The notes beneath the pieces are model-generated. The model was not told the origin of the DNA. It made no database searches and saw nothing but the letters and a program-made list of their open reading frames with translations. A stretch of DNA of 64,000 nucleotides from Takakia lepidozioides (Eukaryota > Plantae > Bryophyta). Positions within the stretch are counted from its first letter, which is position 1; every line of letters begins with the position of its first letter. The position numbers were made by a program, and so were the translations under genes. The DNA is taken from assembly GCA_030704615.1 (NCBI GenBank), contig CM060731.1, positions 72,044,001 to 72,108,000 on the forward strand, in the 5' to 3' direction. Below, piece by piece: positions 1 through 12,718 of the stretch.

Positions 1-1950
1 ACTTACTACAGGAACCAAGAGCTTTTGATCAACTCACTCCACAATATTTGCAGCCATCTTCAAGGTTGTCTGAAGTGTCAGATGTGCCACAGGTGCTTGG
101 CACAGACGTCATATATTTGGCTGTCTTTGATTTGGCAGCCTGCGCAACAGGTGCCAATCTGTATTAGAGATGGAATTCTTGCAGTTGCCCGCCCCATGCA
201 GCTTTTATTCTCTTCATACACATGAATCAATGACTTTCTGCTTCAGCTCTTCAAATACAGTAGGCAGCATACCTTTTGGTGTTTCGCATCAGGGGTAAGT
301 TTATCAGCAGATTTCACTTTCAGCCGAGACCTCCTCTTTAGCCTCGAAAACATCAGAGGAGTGTCCTCGTCAGAAGATATATCAATGACAGCTGTGACAT
401 GGGTTTTGCGTTCTATTCTTTTGACTTGATGGTTGTTTTGATGAAGATTCTCAGCTTGTTCATGTGTGCTGCCACTCTTTACTCGATCCGTTCCTTTGAT
501 GATTGGCACATATCCCTCATCCAAATCAAGTAGACACTTGGGCCCCTACAGTTTAACCACATTCCTTGTTAATCACGACTGCATGAGAAAATGCTGTTGA
601 GTGTTTTAGATTGTGCACAGATTCTTAGTGTTAACTGCATGGATCCATTACTCTCACACTTCAGCAATTAAAAAACAAGTCAGCCTCCTTTGATATGACA
701 GACGATGCAGTCCAAGATGCTTCCTGCCTCCATAAAGTTCTATTACTCAAATCTCAGCACGGAGTGCGGTACAACAAAAGCAACATTTCAAATGTCCTAT
801 GTCTTTTAGCTGATATAGCCAACAGTACCATTGCCCTTCTAGTTGTTTTTGAGAATAAAGAGGGACTCCATTGTGTTTTTAAGGGTAAAGGGCAACAGAA
901 TGAAGGGAAGACAAGCACCTTCTTCTCCTTGTATCTGTAGCATGCAACACATATTTGTGACAGAATCTTATGTACAAGGCGTACATGAAGTGGGTGATAT
1001 ACTGGCATCGGAAGAGTTATGTGTCCAAAATGTCCTGGGTCAGCAATGCAATAGTGTGAGAGGAAATGCAAGCTGGGTAACCCGGTACAGCAGAGGAAAA
1101 ATATGAGTACATCAGCACACCTTGAGCTTCTCTAAATTAAATTTGTCAGGTGGCCAATGTGTGAAGAAGAAAGCATATGCTGGGCATGTCAACATCAAGT
1201 ATATAAAAGTCAGATTATTCAATCAAAGTCTCAATTGAAGACTTGGGATGTGCAGACAAACTGAACAAGCAATAGAAGACAGTCAACTATTAGACCTGCA
1301 TACCTTCACAGTTGCCAGGCTTCCCAGCACTGCAAGTGCCACACCGAGCCACATTGCCTAGTACTGCATGCAACCCAAGCCGAGGATCCCAGAGATCCTT
1401 TCTTCTTTCTATAGACTGGCTCCTCTCAAACACCGACACCTTCAGCTGCAGCAAAGTAGCAATGTACAGGGCATCAACAGCTGTCCACATCTTCCACTTT
1501 TTGTGGCTGGCTTGAGGCAACATTATCAACAAACCCCCCCAACCCCCACACAGTCTCTTTCCTTTAAAAGTGTTTCAAGTGGCCAAAAAAGAGTTGACAC
1601 CCAACACATTCCCAGGTTTCATCCACTAGTAGCATCGATTGAGAAGATGATCCATTCAACATGAGCGAAAAACTTGGCAGCTCTCCGAACCAGAGCCTTT
1701 GATTTCAGACATCCTACAAAACAATCCGGAATACTCTTACTTGCGGAAAATTCGTCACAGCACAGCATATAGACGACACGGATGAGCTTTCAGCCCTGTA
1801 GAACATTCACACCCCTCACCTTGAAAGCATCGTAAACGAAACAGGACAAGTTTGGCTGCTTACAATGTCCTCGTTGGTCATTAGCCCAAACTGAATTCCA
1901 GTCAAATCCGCCAGTGGTGGCTCTCCAGCCCCCGGCTCCGAAAGCTCCAT
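1..1950 (-). CDS. NRPD1/NRPE1: RNA polymerase IV/V largest subunit, 5' exons only (gene continues beyond the left edge)
   Basis: Spliced reading with GT-AG sites: 1950-1864 MELSEPGAGEPPLADLTGIQFGLMTNEDI; 1445-1304 ...WDPRLG...CGTC...NCEG; 1034-919 HFGHITLPMPVYHP...ICVAC; then 545-271 and ~140-40 (...GCKYCG). This is the RPB1-family clamp zinc domain, too divergent for Pol II. NRPD1 vs NRPE1 cannot be resolved here. Confidence 0.8.
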
Positions 1951-4900
1951 GAGCCCGAAAACTCACCAACGTACCCAATTCAATACGCCACACTACCCAA
2001 TTCACATAGAGCTTGCAGACGATCGCTCACACAGACAAATCCCAATTCCCCCCTCCCCCACCACACCGATCAACACTCGCAGAAGGCATTACGGAATAAC
2101 ATGGGACAAACGCCAGCGACTATCAACTCAAGATAGTTGTCAAGCCCGAGGACACAATCAATGCCCCCTCGATGCTTGGCACGTGCTAAGTGTGCGAGTT
2201 GTCACGTGAGCAACGTCCTTGCTCGCACTTTTCCTCTCCTCCTGCCCACTGCATGCCCCCACCTTCCACCCCGGATCCCACCCAATCCTTCCCATTCCTC
2301 ATCAATCTCCCACAACCCAACTCCCCAAATACCACCACTCCGCCAACTATCCCACTATCACCTGGAGGCGATCCTCCACAGATATTTCTCGCACACATCC
2401 ACCCCCACCACCACCCTCCTTCCCTTCTTCCCTTCCATGCATCTGCAACACATCTCGCAGCGGATTTGAAGCAGCAAGGAGGCAAGCGTGCAGGTAGGCA
2501 GAGAGACTTCAGAGACCGAGCCCCACTTCCTATGCACTTTGCTCTAGTGTCTATAGTGGTGTGCAGGATCTGGCAGAGGCATGGCTGCCCAGCCTCTTGC
2601 TCTTCTTCTCTGTGGGCCCTCTACGGCAGCCAAATATACACAGACCCATCATGCACATTCCCTTCCATCCATCCAAATTCCCAGGATTCATCTCTTTTCA
2701 ATGGTATTCATCCTTCTTTCATGATTATACAATAACAGTGGTGATTTGTCAGTTGTCCCTGCCTCTAAATACAGGATAGATGTGCTCCTGTACCCTCAAC
2801 TAAAGGGGGAGTTATGTAGCCCATAAATGGGTGACTGCCCCATAAAGTTTGAGATAGGGACTCCCGGACCTGCCCAGGTGTCCTCTCACCTCTCAACCAT
2901 CAATAGCTCATGGAGTGTGTCTAGCTTGGTCGTTTAGTAACGGAAATATATACTTCTCCCATACTGGTTGGCATCACAACTGAACCTCCCTGAGTTCTGG
3001 CCGCGGAACTTGAAAGGCCCATAACTTGCAGAGCCATGAAACTGAAGGCATCATGAGACGTGCCGCCTCAAAAATTCCTGAAACAACATTCCACCGAGGA
3101 CTCATCCCCAAGGAAGCGTAAATTATAGTGTCTCCGTTCAGCTTGCCGAAGTAGGAGTGGGGAGATTTATAGCATATTAGTGAATAGGTCCGAGGAGTTG
3201 CTTCAACCTCCCCATAGTCCACAAAACTCAAAGGATCAATATACGACGGTTTGGCACATCGACAGACAAATAACTTAAAAGCGTTTGGTCTGTGATCTTA
3301 TGAACGGGTTCTAGGGAGAACATTTTGCAGCATATATAACCCACCAAGCTTCAGAAGTTTTGAAGTTGTTTTGATTGTGGCCGGGGACTTGTCAAGGATT
3401 GGCCGCGCTAGAATGTCACTTGGACTGGTTCAATCCATGGAATCCAAAGGGAATGTGATATGAGATTTTTTAGATTAGAGCTACCCTGCCCGGGATTTTT
3501 CATTCCACCACATAGAGGGTCTCTAACGCTCACCTGCCGTTGGTTGGCTGACCTGGGGTCCCATGCTGCCATGCAGGGGGGTTCAAATAGCCACCCTTGT
3601 ATACCCTTTAACCAGGGTTAGTCATGGGGCAGCCCAAACCCAAATAAAGTATGTCACCTCGCAAAGGAAGCCTAACTAAACTATGGTGTCTCTTGACCCA
3701 ACAAGGGCGGCAGGAAGGTGGACACTAGACACCTTTGTGACACCAATTGGTGGATTGAACCCACAACCACTTCCGAGGTGGCATGTGCCATTCCCACTGG
3801 GCTACAACTTGGTTGTCCCAAGTGCAATCCAACGGAGTTGGCCACTGCCACTATTTAATTTTGTGTAATTTTGCTTCAGGAACCCTCAAGTTGTCACTCA
3901 AGACCAGAGGGAGTTATAAGCAGGGACTATTGTGGGGCAGCTTTTTTCAGCATTGACTGCAAAATCTGCACCTCTGACCACATTTTAACTCATAACTGAA
4001 AGCATGATAGGATCTACAAAACTTGAAGGTTGCATCACTAGTACCGTACATTCCCTACCTTCACCTAAAATTTCATGGAATTCTGCTGTCAGAATTAGAA
4101 TCTTATAACATTTTTGTGAGCATGAAAAGATCCTCCGACTAGAGTCAGGCTGCAGAATGGGAACAAAATTTATCAAAATCCAAAATGGATAAGTCAAATT
4201 GAGTCGAAATTCCACACCATATTGGCCACCTTCTCCTAATTTTTCAGAGTTTTTGGACAAGATTTTGGTATACTTCCATTGCGGTGGTGGTGCGAGGGTG
4301 GTCCAAAACTGCGGCATTTTCTGCACTTGGGACGGTAAAAGCACCGCTAAGAAGTATGGGAATTGGAAAATGGAACAGGTAGTTGGGAAGGTCTTCCTAA
4401 ACTTTTTATTTGACGCCTCTAACTTTGCACTGCCCCCTTGCTCCTCAGGGCTCTTGGAATGGGTTCCTCTGTAGATGGGGACGCCCCACCAACTAGCGGG
4501 TGCCGCCCTGCAGTCGCTGCAGGCCCACATCCCCGCTTGGTATCCAGTATCCACCGGAACACACGTGCCAAAGACTCGGGCAGCAGGCAAGGCATATCTT
4601 TGGAAAGCCCTGGGGGCGGGATAAAATTTTTCTGCTTACTGGATAAAGATAAAGATAAAGTTTCTTTACTGGATTGGAATACAGGAAGCTACAGCAGCGT
4701 GGCAAAATGGAGTGCCCCATTGCACCCATGTTTTAGGGGTTAAATCTGGGCATGTAAAAAAACGCTTGGAAATTTCCTTTGTTAAAATTGTTACCTTCTC
4801 AGATGGGAAGTTTTCATCCTGACAGGAGGGGTGGACCTTGCGACACCTAGTGCCTTTCGAAATTTATAAGATGACAATTGCCGGCCGACCCATTCTTAAA

Positions 4901-7534
4901 CGGCGGAAGGGCTCATCGGTTGCCCTTACCGGATACTATATATGTCTTCGAGACCATATATAGATAGATATATCAGAATTGGTGAACGGCGATGTCGCGA
5001 TGTCGGCATTGGATTCTTGAGAGGTAAGGACTATGATGGGATTTTTCACAGATTTCAGGGACACGACGTCCTTGGCTTCAAGGATCATGTCCCAGTGATG
5101 CACCACTCGACGCCCGCCCTCACTCGCTTAAAGCCCATGAATAAGACCTGAAAGTTCAACCATCAAGTGATTAGTTGATGGTGAATTTTTTTATCTTGTC
5201 TAAGGTGGGGGTTTGGTAGAACGTGAGCACACCTCACCTGAGCGCAAAAAAATGGGGCCATGAGCACAAAAAAGGGCAATAGGGTACCCATGTTTCTACA
5301 AAAATAGAATATGAAGGACAGACATCATAGGTCATTATCCAACAGTTTCATGGGCGAAACAAAATGAAAATGTGACTATTTTTGCATATTAGGGACTGTT
5401 ACTAGCAACAAGTACATCACATGATTGAGAAAACAACAAGTAATCACCATTCATGGTTTAGGAATTGGCCCAACAGAAAACTCCCTAATCCCCAACTATG
5501 TGGCTTGTGCTCATGTGGTCAAACATTTAAATAAGTTTCGCATTTCGTAAGGCACAAACACATTTTAGTTTCTCCCAAGCATCTTCCAAGAATATTCGTG
5601 GAAATTTTTGGTATAACCTCTTATGCTGTGAGCACGCTCACTAAAGCGTGAGCTTGCGCACATGCTACCCAACATCTTTCTATTGTACATAACACCCGTT
5701 GAAATCCATGCCTATTTACTAGATAGTCAGACAATGAAGGCCCCACACTTTCTCCTTTGCGGAATTTACAGAATATGTCCAAGAAACTTCTGTCCAAGAT
5801 CAATTTAGCCGCTCCAGTTTAGCCGCTCCTTTTTGGGATGAGATGGATAGCCAAAATAAACTTGTTGCAAAGTGTCCTCTGATGGGCTAAATTGATATTG
5901 TTTTGTAATTATAGCCGTTTGTAGCCAAATCGAATCGCTTGCTCATTTTGACAACCCCAACCATTTGGTAGGACCTAAATTCTTCTTTGACTCTTGATCA
6001 CACTCTACCCAACCTAATCCACAGCGAAACGAAATTGGCGAAACGAACAATTATGCAAAACTAACACATAAAGAACAAGTAGCCCTTATACCTGATGAAC
6101 ATGTTACCCTGTAGGCGTGGCTTTTTTTCCATAAGAGGCACGAGAGTGGGCAGTGAGGCTTCACCTCAAATTTAAGGTCTTCGCCCATGGATAATTTTGC
6201 ATGGCGAAACTCTGTACCGACCAGCCTGAGAAGAAATCACACTATAGCTAAAAGGATTAATATGCCACTTTTAAAGTCCCCACCCATTCCTTTTGGATGT
6301 GGGATTGTTGGGTGATGGGATTTCGTATACTTGGAAAGTTTTACTCAAGCTAGACCACTAAGGGTTTCTCAATGCGAAACCCACCACTGCTTAGGTTTGT
6401 GCCCATATCACATATCATTTCTCAATGTGAAATTCGTCGCCGCAGCTATAGGTTTAGGGTTTCTGGCTACACTACTAAAGATTTCGCCTCGCTGAATTGG
6501 AACAGATATACCGTACAAATGCACCAATCCTTTATTATTCCGTTTTGAAAACATATAACTCCTATGGCCGAGGTTTAAAAACATAAAACTCCCATGATCA
6601 TGGGTTGTGCTCACATGAGCTTGAGCACTCAGGCTCTGCTCACATGATACCAACCCCCCACTCAAGAGTTCTACTTGAAATTGCCACAAGAGTAGATTGG
6701 ACTACCGCATGGACATTGAGTTTTCCATTGAAAGCCCATGTCTACAATATCCATAGACCGAAAGACCAATACTGGAACAGTAATGAATGACCACCGCCAC
6801 GGGCTCTACTTAAGTGACCCTTCACCCTTCATCCCCCAACTTCCAAGTGACCCCAAGGGGCACTTTGGGGGGGGGGGCGGGGTTTCAGCATCTGAAGATG
6901 TTGTTTGATAGGGATCTGAATGAAAATTGTAGGGTCCCTCTCATCCGGCCTCTCCTAAGAAAAAAAATCAATGTCCAAGGTGGGTGAATTTCCGCCCACA
7001 ATGGGTGACTGCCCGCCCACAATGGGTGACTGCTAGGGCTTGGGAATCCAAGGTTGATGGACACATGGCAAGGGAGTGTTGCTGAGCCCCGCCTACTAAA
7101 CTCCTCTTGTGGTCTTGTGCAATGCTACACTTGGTGCCCTACATTTTGTAAGTATTTAAGCATGGTACTGACACATCTACTGTGAGGTTTCCTCAAAAGT
7201 TTGTAAAAATCGCACTTTGTCTGAGGTTGGCATTTCTACCTTTCATAACCACATGTAAGCCAATATATATATATATTATATTAAACCACTACAAAGCAGC
7301 CCATAGGACAACAAGTCATATATATATATATATACATGATATTTTCGCAGGGTGGTAGTTGTCATTGCACAAATAGAACATATGAGTCTCAAGCTTAGGA
7401 AAATTAGGAAAAGCCAATTTGTGGTTGCCCTGTTTGGCCGATTCTGCCCTGTAAGCCGCCTTTGGGCGAGCCCGTCCGGGCGAGCCCTATGGTCGCGCAC
7501 AGGGCAGAGTCGGCCAACACAGCCCCTTCACTGG

Positions 7535-7817
7535 CGTTAAAAGCAGGTGTGGCGGATTCTCGCCGCTACATGGCGCAATATGATTGAGGTTCGATTATCC
7601 CATATCGATTGCCCAGATTCAGAGCCCCAGAGAAGGTATAAAGGGGGCGAGCCTCAAGGGAAGTTGGGTGGGTTGATGGCTGATGACATGGGCCTCGGTT
7701 AGGTCTGTTGTCCTCTGTGCGTAATCGGCCATCCCTGCCAATTCTGCCCTTGGTTGCCGATTCGGCCTGAGAATTAGGCCAAAAAAGTGGCAGAATCCGC
7801 CACACCTGCTTTTAACG
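7535..7817. mobile_element. MITE-like element with 26-bp perfect terminal inverted repeats
   Basis: cgttaaaagcaggtgtggcggattct (7535-7560) and its exact reverse complement (7792-7817); non-coding interior; no clear TSD. Confidence 0.65.
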
Positions 7818-8911
7818 TGTAGGAGCTCAACTTAACTCCAGTCCCAAAAAAAGTTATAAAATAATTATTTCCATGGTCAAATCCTGCCAACTTTGGAGAA
7901 CCGAACTTTTGTGTGATCCATACCGGAACTAGGCTCAATGTTATAGAGCTGGAATTTGTGGATGAATGGTAGTAGGTAGTGATTTTAGTGCAGCAAGGTA
8001 CAAAAAATGACTAGGGGGATTATTGTTTAAAAAAAATCATTGATAAAAATCCAGATCACAAGCGTCAGCGTGAGTACATTTTGTATGTACCACTTCCCAG
8101 TCAGAGTCCAACTGCACATCACTGAGACCACCTCACATCAAACATTTCTCAACCAGAAGCCTTGGACACAAGTTTGGCAAGAAAATCTGACCATGGCAGG
8201 GGCAGGAGGGGCAGAGAAAAGTGCAAATTTGACTTGCCACCCACCCTGTAGGTGCAAGTCCGATAGATGCTTCCCCCTCCAGGAACATCCCATCATGAAC
8301 CAGTACCATCTTCTCTTGATTTGTGTTTCTTGGAAAGGACTGCTGTCGGCCTGGTGGCACTTTTCAAGTCTGGAGCCTGTTGATGTTCACAGTTTGAATG
8401 TTCAATGTGCACATATGACAACATTTGAGATTTGAGAACGTGTTAACTACAATGCTAGAGCATGCTCCCACTGCGTTCCCCAACTACTCTGTGGGAGCAC
8501 CTAATATAAGGATGGGTGCTGAGAGCACAGATTTATGCTAACCATCATGCTGTGTGCTTAATGATTCGCTCGTGCACATGTGAACACTCCATCCTTATCC
8601 AACATAGTGTCAGCAATGGAAAACTCACACCATACAGTTATGATGAATGCCCAAGCTTTCTCTAGTTATGACCATGCAAGAAGTTCATTAAGGTCCCGAG
8701 CAATGTGCTATGGCGTTTAGCTGCATCAAGGGTGCATCTGTCAGACCAATCCATACTGCGGGCTTTTGAATATTGTACTGTATCTGATTGTCAGATCTTA
8801 TGAAACAATACACAGGTGACTTGGAGAGCAGAAAGTGGTTGATGTCTGCAGCCAGAATGAGACGACATGTGGAAAATTGGAAAACGATGCTCTTGCATGG
8901 TTTGAGCCAAA

Positions 8912-11900
8912 TCACTCTGACCCTGACTCAGACGTATATGCTTGAGCATGGTCTCGACTGCCAGACCCGTCGATATTTCGCAAGTGCGAGGACGCATTCT
9001 TGCTTCTGGTTGTCCTTCCTTCAGTTAGTTGGCTGCCTGCATCTTTTGTGTTTGGATTTTCTTCCTCATCCACCACAGTACTACTCCACTGCTGCTTGGT
9101 GATGTCAGGAACTTGGAACTCCGGCTCCTGCTCAAGAGCAATTTCTTGGCAAATGTTCAACAGAAGGTCCCAGATGGCATTCTACACTTCATAACACTTC
9201 AGGTGTACACAAGCAAAAGGAATCACCATCAGCAGCAATGATCTTGAGTCAGATGGTTCAGAAGGAGATGCTAACAGAGGGAGCTGCAGAGCTGTGGGTG
9301 CCTAACCTGTGGTACATTTCACTCACGCTGTAGCTCTTTAACTCCGCTATTTCAAAATTTAGTACTGATGCCCAATATTGAGACCAAGGAACATGACTGT
9401 ATGACGTGTGGCAATCAATGCAAGTGAGGCACCACCCAAGAGAGAGGTAGGATGTGTGTACCTTTTTAGCAGCTTCCATCATTTTCTTACGCAGAGCCTC
9501 ATGCTCAGCTCGCACACGAGAAGGCACACCTCTGGTCTGGTAAATATTCTGTTCTGCCAGGTCTTCGTTGATATAGTTCGTAGTAGTTGCAAATGGATGA
9601 TTTGATGGAATCCACCTAATCTCGTCAGGATCTACCCCCTCAGGCACAGGATCACCTTCATTCAAAAATACAACAGGCCGCTTCCATTTGTAGGCCTGAA
9701 TGCGTCTGTTCTGGTGACTGGCTACCTGTTCATCTGTCAATGTTACAGGTGCTAGCCTAAATAACCTTCCACACATCTTGACCATTGGATTCTTCTTCCC
9801 CATCTTTACGAGAGGGTTATTGAAAGGATCTTCAAACTTCAATGAAGTTGAACTGCACCCATGTACAATACACATAAATACGCACAATCAGAACTTACAA
9901 ATTCAGTTTATTACCACACATAGCACCTAGAATCTTATCTGTCCAGAATAGGGACAGCCATAGAGACTTCCTATAATCAATACAAACTTGATAGTGAAAG
10001 CTTCCCACAACCTACAAGAAAACTCATGACAGGTAGAATGTACTCATAAGACGTTGTTTGCCGTAGCCTTGTGGCCATTGGCCACGCGCCCAGTTTGAGC
10101 AGAACACAAAGGGACAGAACCTACATTTGTCAGGGGCTGACACCGGTAGTAAGACTTACCTTGGAATAAACAATTGACCCTGGTTTTCCAGCTACCCTCT
10201 AGAAATTCCTTTACACAAGCATCAACCTGCTGTGAGTGGTTCGCCCAATAACTAGGCCCCAAAAGGGCCTGGACTTTTGGCTCAGCCTCGAGACTTTCAA
10301 AGTTGGTAAACAGAGGTACAGGCACAAACCCTTGATATATTTGAAGAGAGCGTCTCTCTGGTGGGAGAACCCCGGACAATATCAGAAATGAATACTGTCT
10401 TCAGGTTGCCCACACAACTGGCAGTTGCACTCTCCCTTTCCTCTCTGCTTCTGTTTGCTGTTCAAAGGTAGGCTTCCCGCCCCGAGTTTAAATTTCAGTC
10501 TAGTGCCGAGAATAGGTAGACCCTTGAGGTCATCCATGATGTCCTCCCCCATGTCACAAACTGGAAACAAGTTCAGGGAAGTTTTCTGCATAACTCATGA
10601 GAGGTAGAGAGAGAGGGGTGGGGGGGTGGGGGACATACCCAGATTTCCTATCCGACCTGAGCTGGCCTCTCTTTACAAGATCAGACACAGAACCTCCCAT
10701 ATCATCACGAGGTTTTGCCAAAAACCCCAGCACCACCATCACAAACACTGCTGCAGTAACACCAACTCCAGCTGCCAGGCTCATTGGCACCGGGCCTCTT
10801 TCAATCTGCAAACAGACTCGGCCACGTCATGACCACTAGCCACTATCTCACTCTGTTGACAGAAGGCTCACCTCCATCTCGGAAAGATTGAGAGCAACTT
10901 GAAGTCCTCACAAGTGGGATGTACTCAGTCGGGGCCATTAAGAAAGGTAAAGAAACGGGATTCTCTGGCATGCCTGCAACTTTCAAGTTTCTCTGGCGAC
11001 TTGAATAGTTCTCAACCCAGTATATAGCTCTCCACAGCAAGCTCAAATCTACTGAAGAGGAGGTGACCACAATGGCACAGGAGCTGTAGAGGCAGGGAGA
11101 GGCGGTAAATGTTTCATCTGAAAGGGTAGGTAAAATTTGTATCTTGCAGCTGCATCTTGCAACTTAGGTGCAGCTTTAGAAGAAAGAAGGCATGCAGTCA
11201 TGGCGAGTGCAGAAGTGTTGGCATAAGTAGCAGCAGCTCGACTCATGTCGACAAGAGGCAACAAGGGAGATGAGAATATAGTAAGTAGCCAAGTTCCGAT
11301 GGTCTTTTTTCCCTCTCTTCAATGCAGCTGAGGAGGAAAAAGAGAGGAGACAATCTCACAACCCCATTGAGGTAACCGAGCTCATCAACCACAAACCCCT
11401 AATCAAGCGGCACGCTACCTGCTATGTACGATTTGGTTTATTCAAAAGATTGCCAGAATTTTACCTTGCGGATAACACTGCAGGGATCTCAAAGTCACGA
11501 TGATAGCAGAGGACACAGAAAGTGTAGCTCGTGCAGCTATGGGTAAACAGATAGACACAAATAGAGTCCAGCATATTCTACACTCCTAAGTCTGATAACT
11601 ATACAACAAATGGAAGCTTACCTGGCTTTTAGGAGCCATCGAAGACAGAAGAAGGTCATTGTTAGCTGGCATTTCATCCTCAGAGGCAATCTTGCGAAAG
11701 GCGTCTGCGAAAATTTTCTTGGCCGCAACCCTAGGCGCTGTCGATTCAGCTGTATCAGCTTCAGGCTTCGATGGCAGCCTTCTATCAATCTCAACGTTCC
11801 TCTGTTCGGCTACAACAAGGCCAGCACTACAGAGAGAGACTCTTCGCGCAATAGAAGGGTAACGCAGGACTCCGCTGGACCTTACGACGGGAGGGAGAGG

Positions 11901-11957
11901 AAAAGAGAGTCGCACTGAGTGCCACGATGATCTGAGAAGACGACAAGCTCCTTCCAT
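8912..11957 (-). CDS. MCD1: MULTIPLE CHLOROPLAST DIVISION SITE 1 homolog (4 exons)
   Basis: Exons ~11957-11622 (transit-peptide-like), 10805-10639 (TM helix + SDLVKRGQLRSDR), 9852-9462 (EDPFNNPLVK...MCGRLFRLAPVTLT...AYKWKRP...RWIPSNHPFATT...RAEHEAL), last exon ending 8912 (acceptor uncertain). Motifs match plant MCD1. Confidence 0.88.
10045..10597 (-). mobile_element. 5'-truncated LINE 3' fragment in MCD1 intron 2
   Basis: LGTRLKFKLGAGSLPL...CQLCGQPEDSIHF (C-terminal zinc-binding region of LINE ORF2); near-identical to segments at 17640-17800 and 40924-41262. Confidence 0.75.
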
Positions 11958-12718
11958 CGAGTTATAGCAAAGAGAGAGACGTGAAGCATAGTTAACTAAG
12001 TTCTCTGATCTTCTCTTGCCATCTTGTGGTAAACCGTGCTTCGACACTGGCACAGGTCTAGATGACCCTGATACATACAACCCACTAAAATCAGAGCGCT
12101 GAAATCCCCATGAAACCACCGGCCATGGAGAAGTAGGCAGAGTTTGAGAGGGGACAGTAGTAGACCAGTACGTCGAATGCAACATTCTGGAATTTCAACA
12201 AAACGGTGGTCTACGTTGCAATCTCTGCGCCCTCAAATTGCGACTGCGTAGGTGGGCCATGCTGCAAAGCAAAGATCATAAGGAGACTTAGTATGGCATC
12301 CGCTGCCCTTCTTGCACAACGATATCCCCACTCAGAGCTGCTGCAGGGTAACCCCGTGAAGAAAGGGATGGTACTGGTGTTAAGTCAGGTTGCACTCGAT
12401 TTTTGGTTGCGTGGGTACCCACATATTTTGGCTCTGAAAGTGCTGTCCTTGAAACCGAATGACAATTTGAGCTTACCGTAAAGAAAGTGCTCATCTAACT
12501 TCGTGAATTATTCGAGTTTATAGCATCACCCACAAAACATTTTCTAGATTATGTGAAGGTGGCTGAGGCGGTGTCGGTGCTACCCAGCTTTTCACGCAGG
12601 TATGCCAAACAGTCATTCCGAGTGACGGTGCTGCTGCAATCTTCACTGCAAAATCAAAGCTTGCGCTTGCACACTGCTGTATTGCCTGTAGGCTGTTCCC
12701 CTGCTACACGGTCTCAGC

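Noticed and set aside
2815-3806. Possible solo LTR (tgtagccca...tgggctaca, preceded by aagggggag)
   Set aside because: No TSD and no second copy in the window; a 9-bp inverted match alone is insufficient.
5250-6700. Possible decayed MULE/CACTA transposase
   Set aside because: Only short broken ORFs without clear catalytic motifs or termini.
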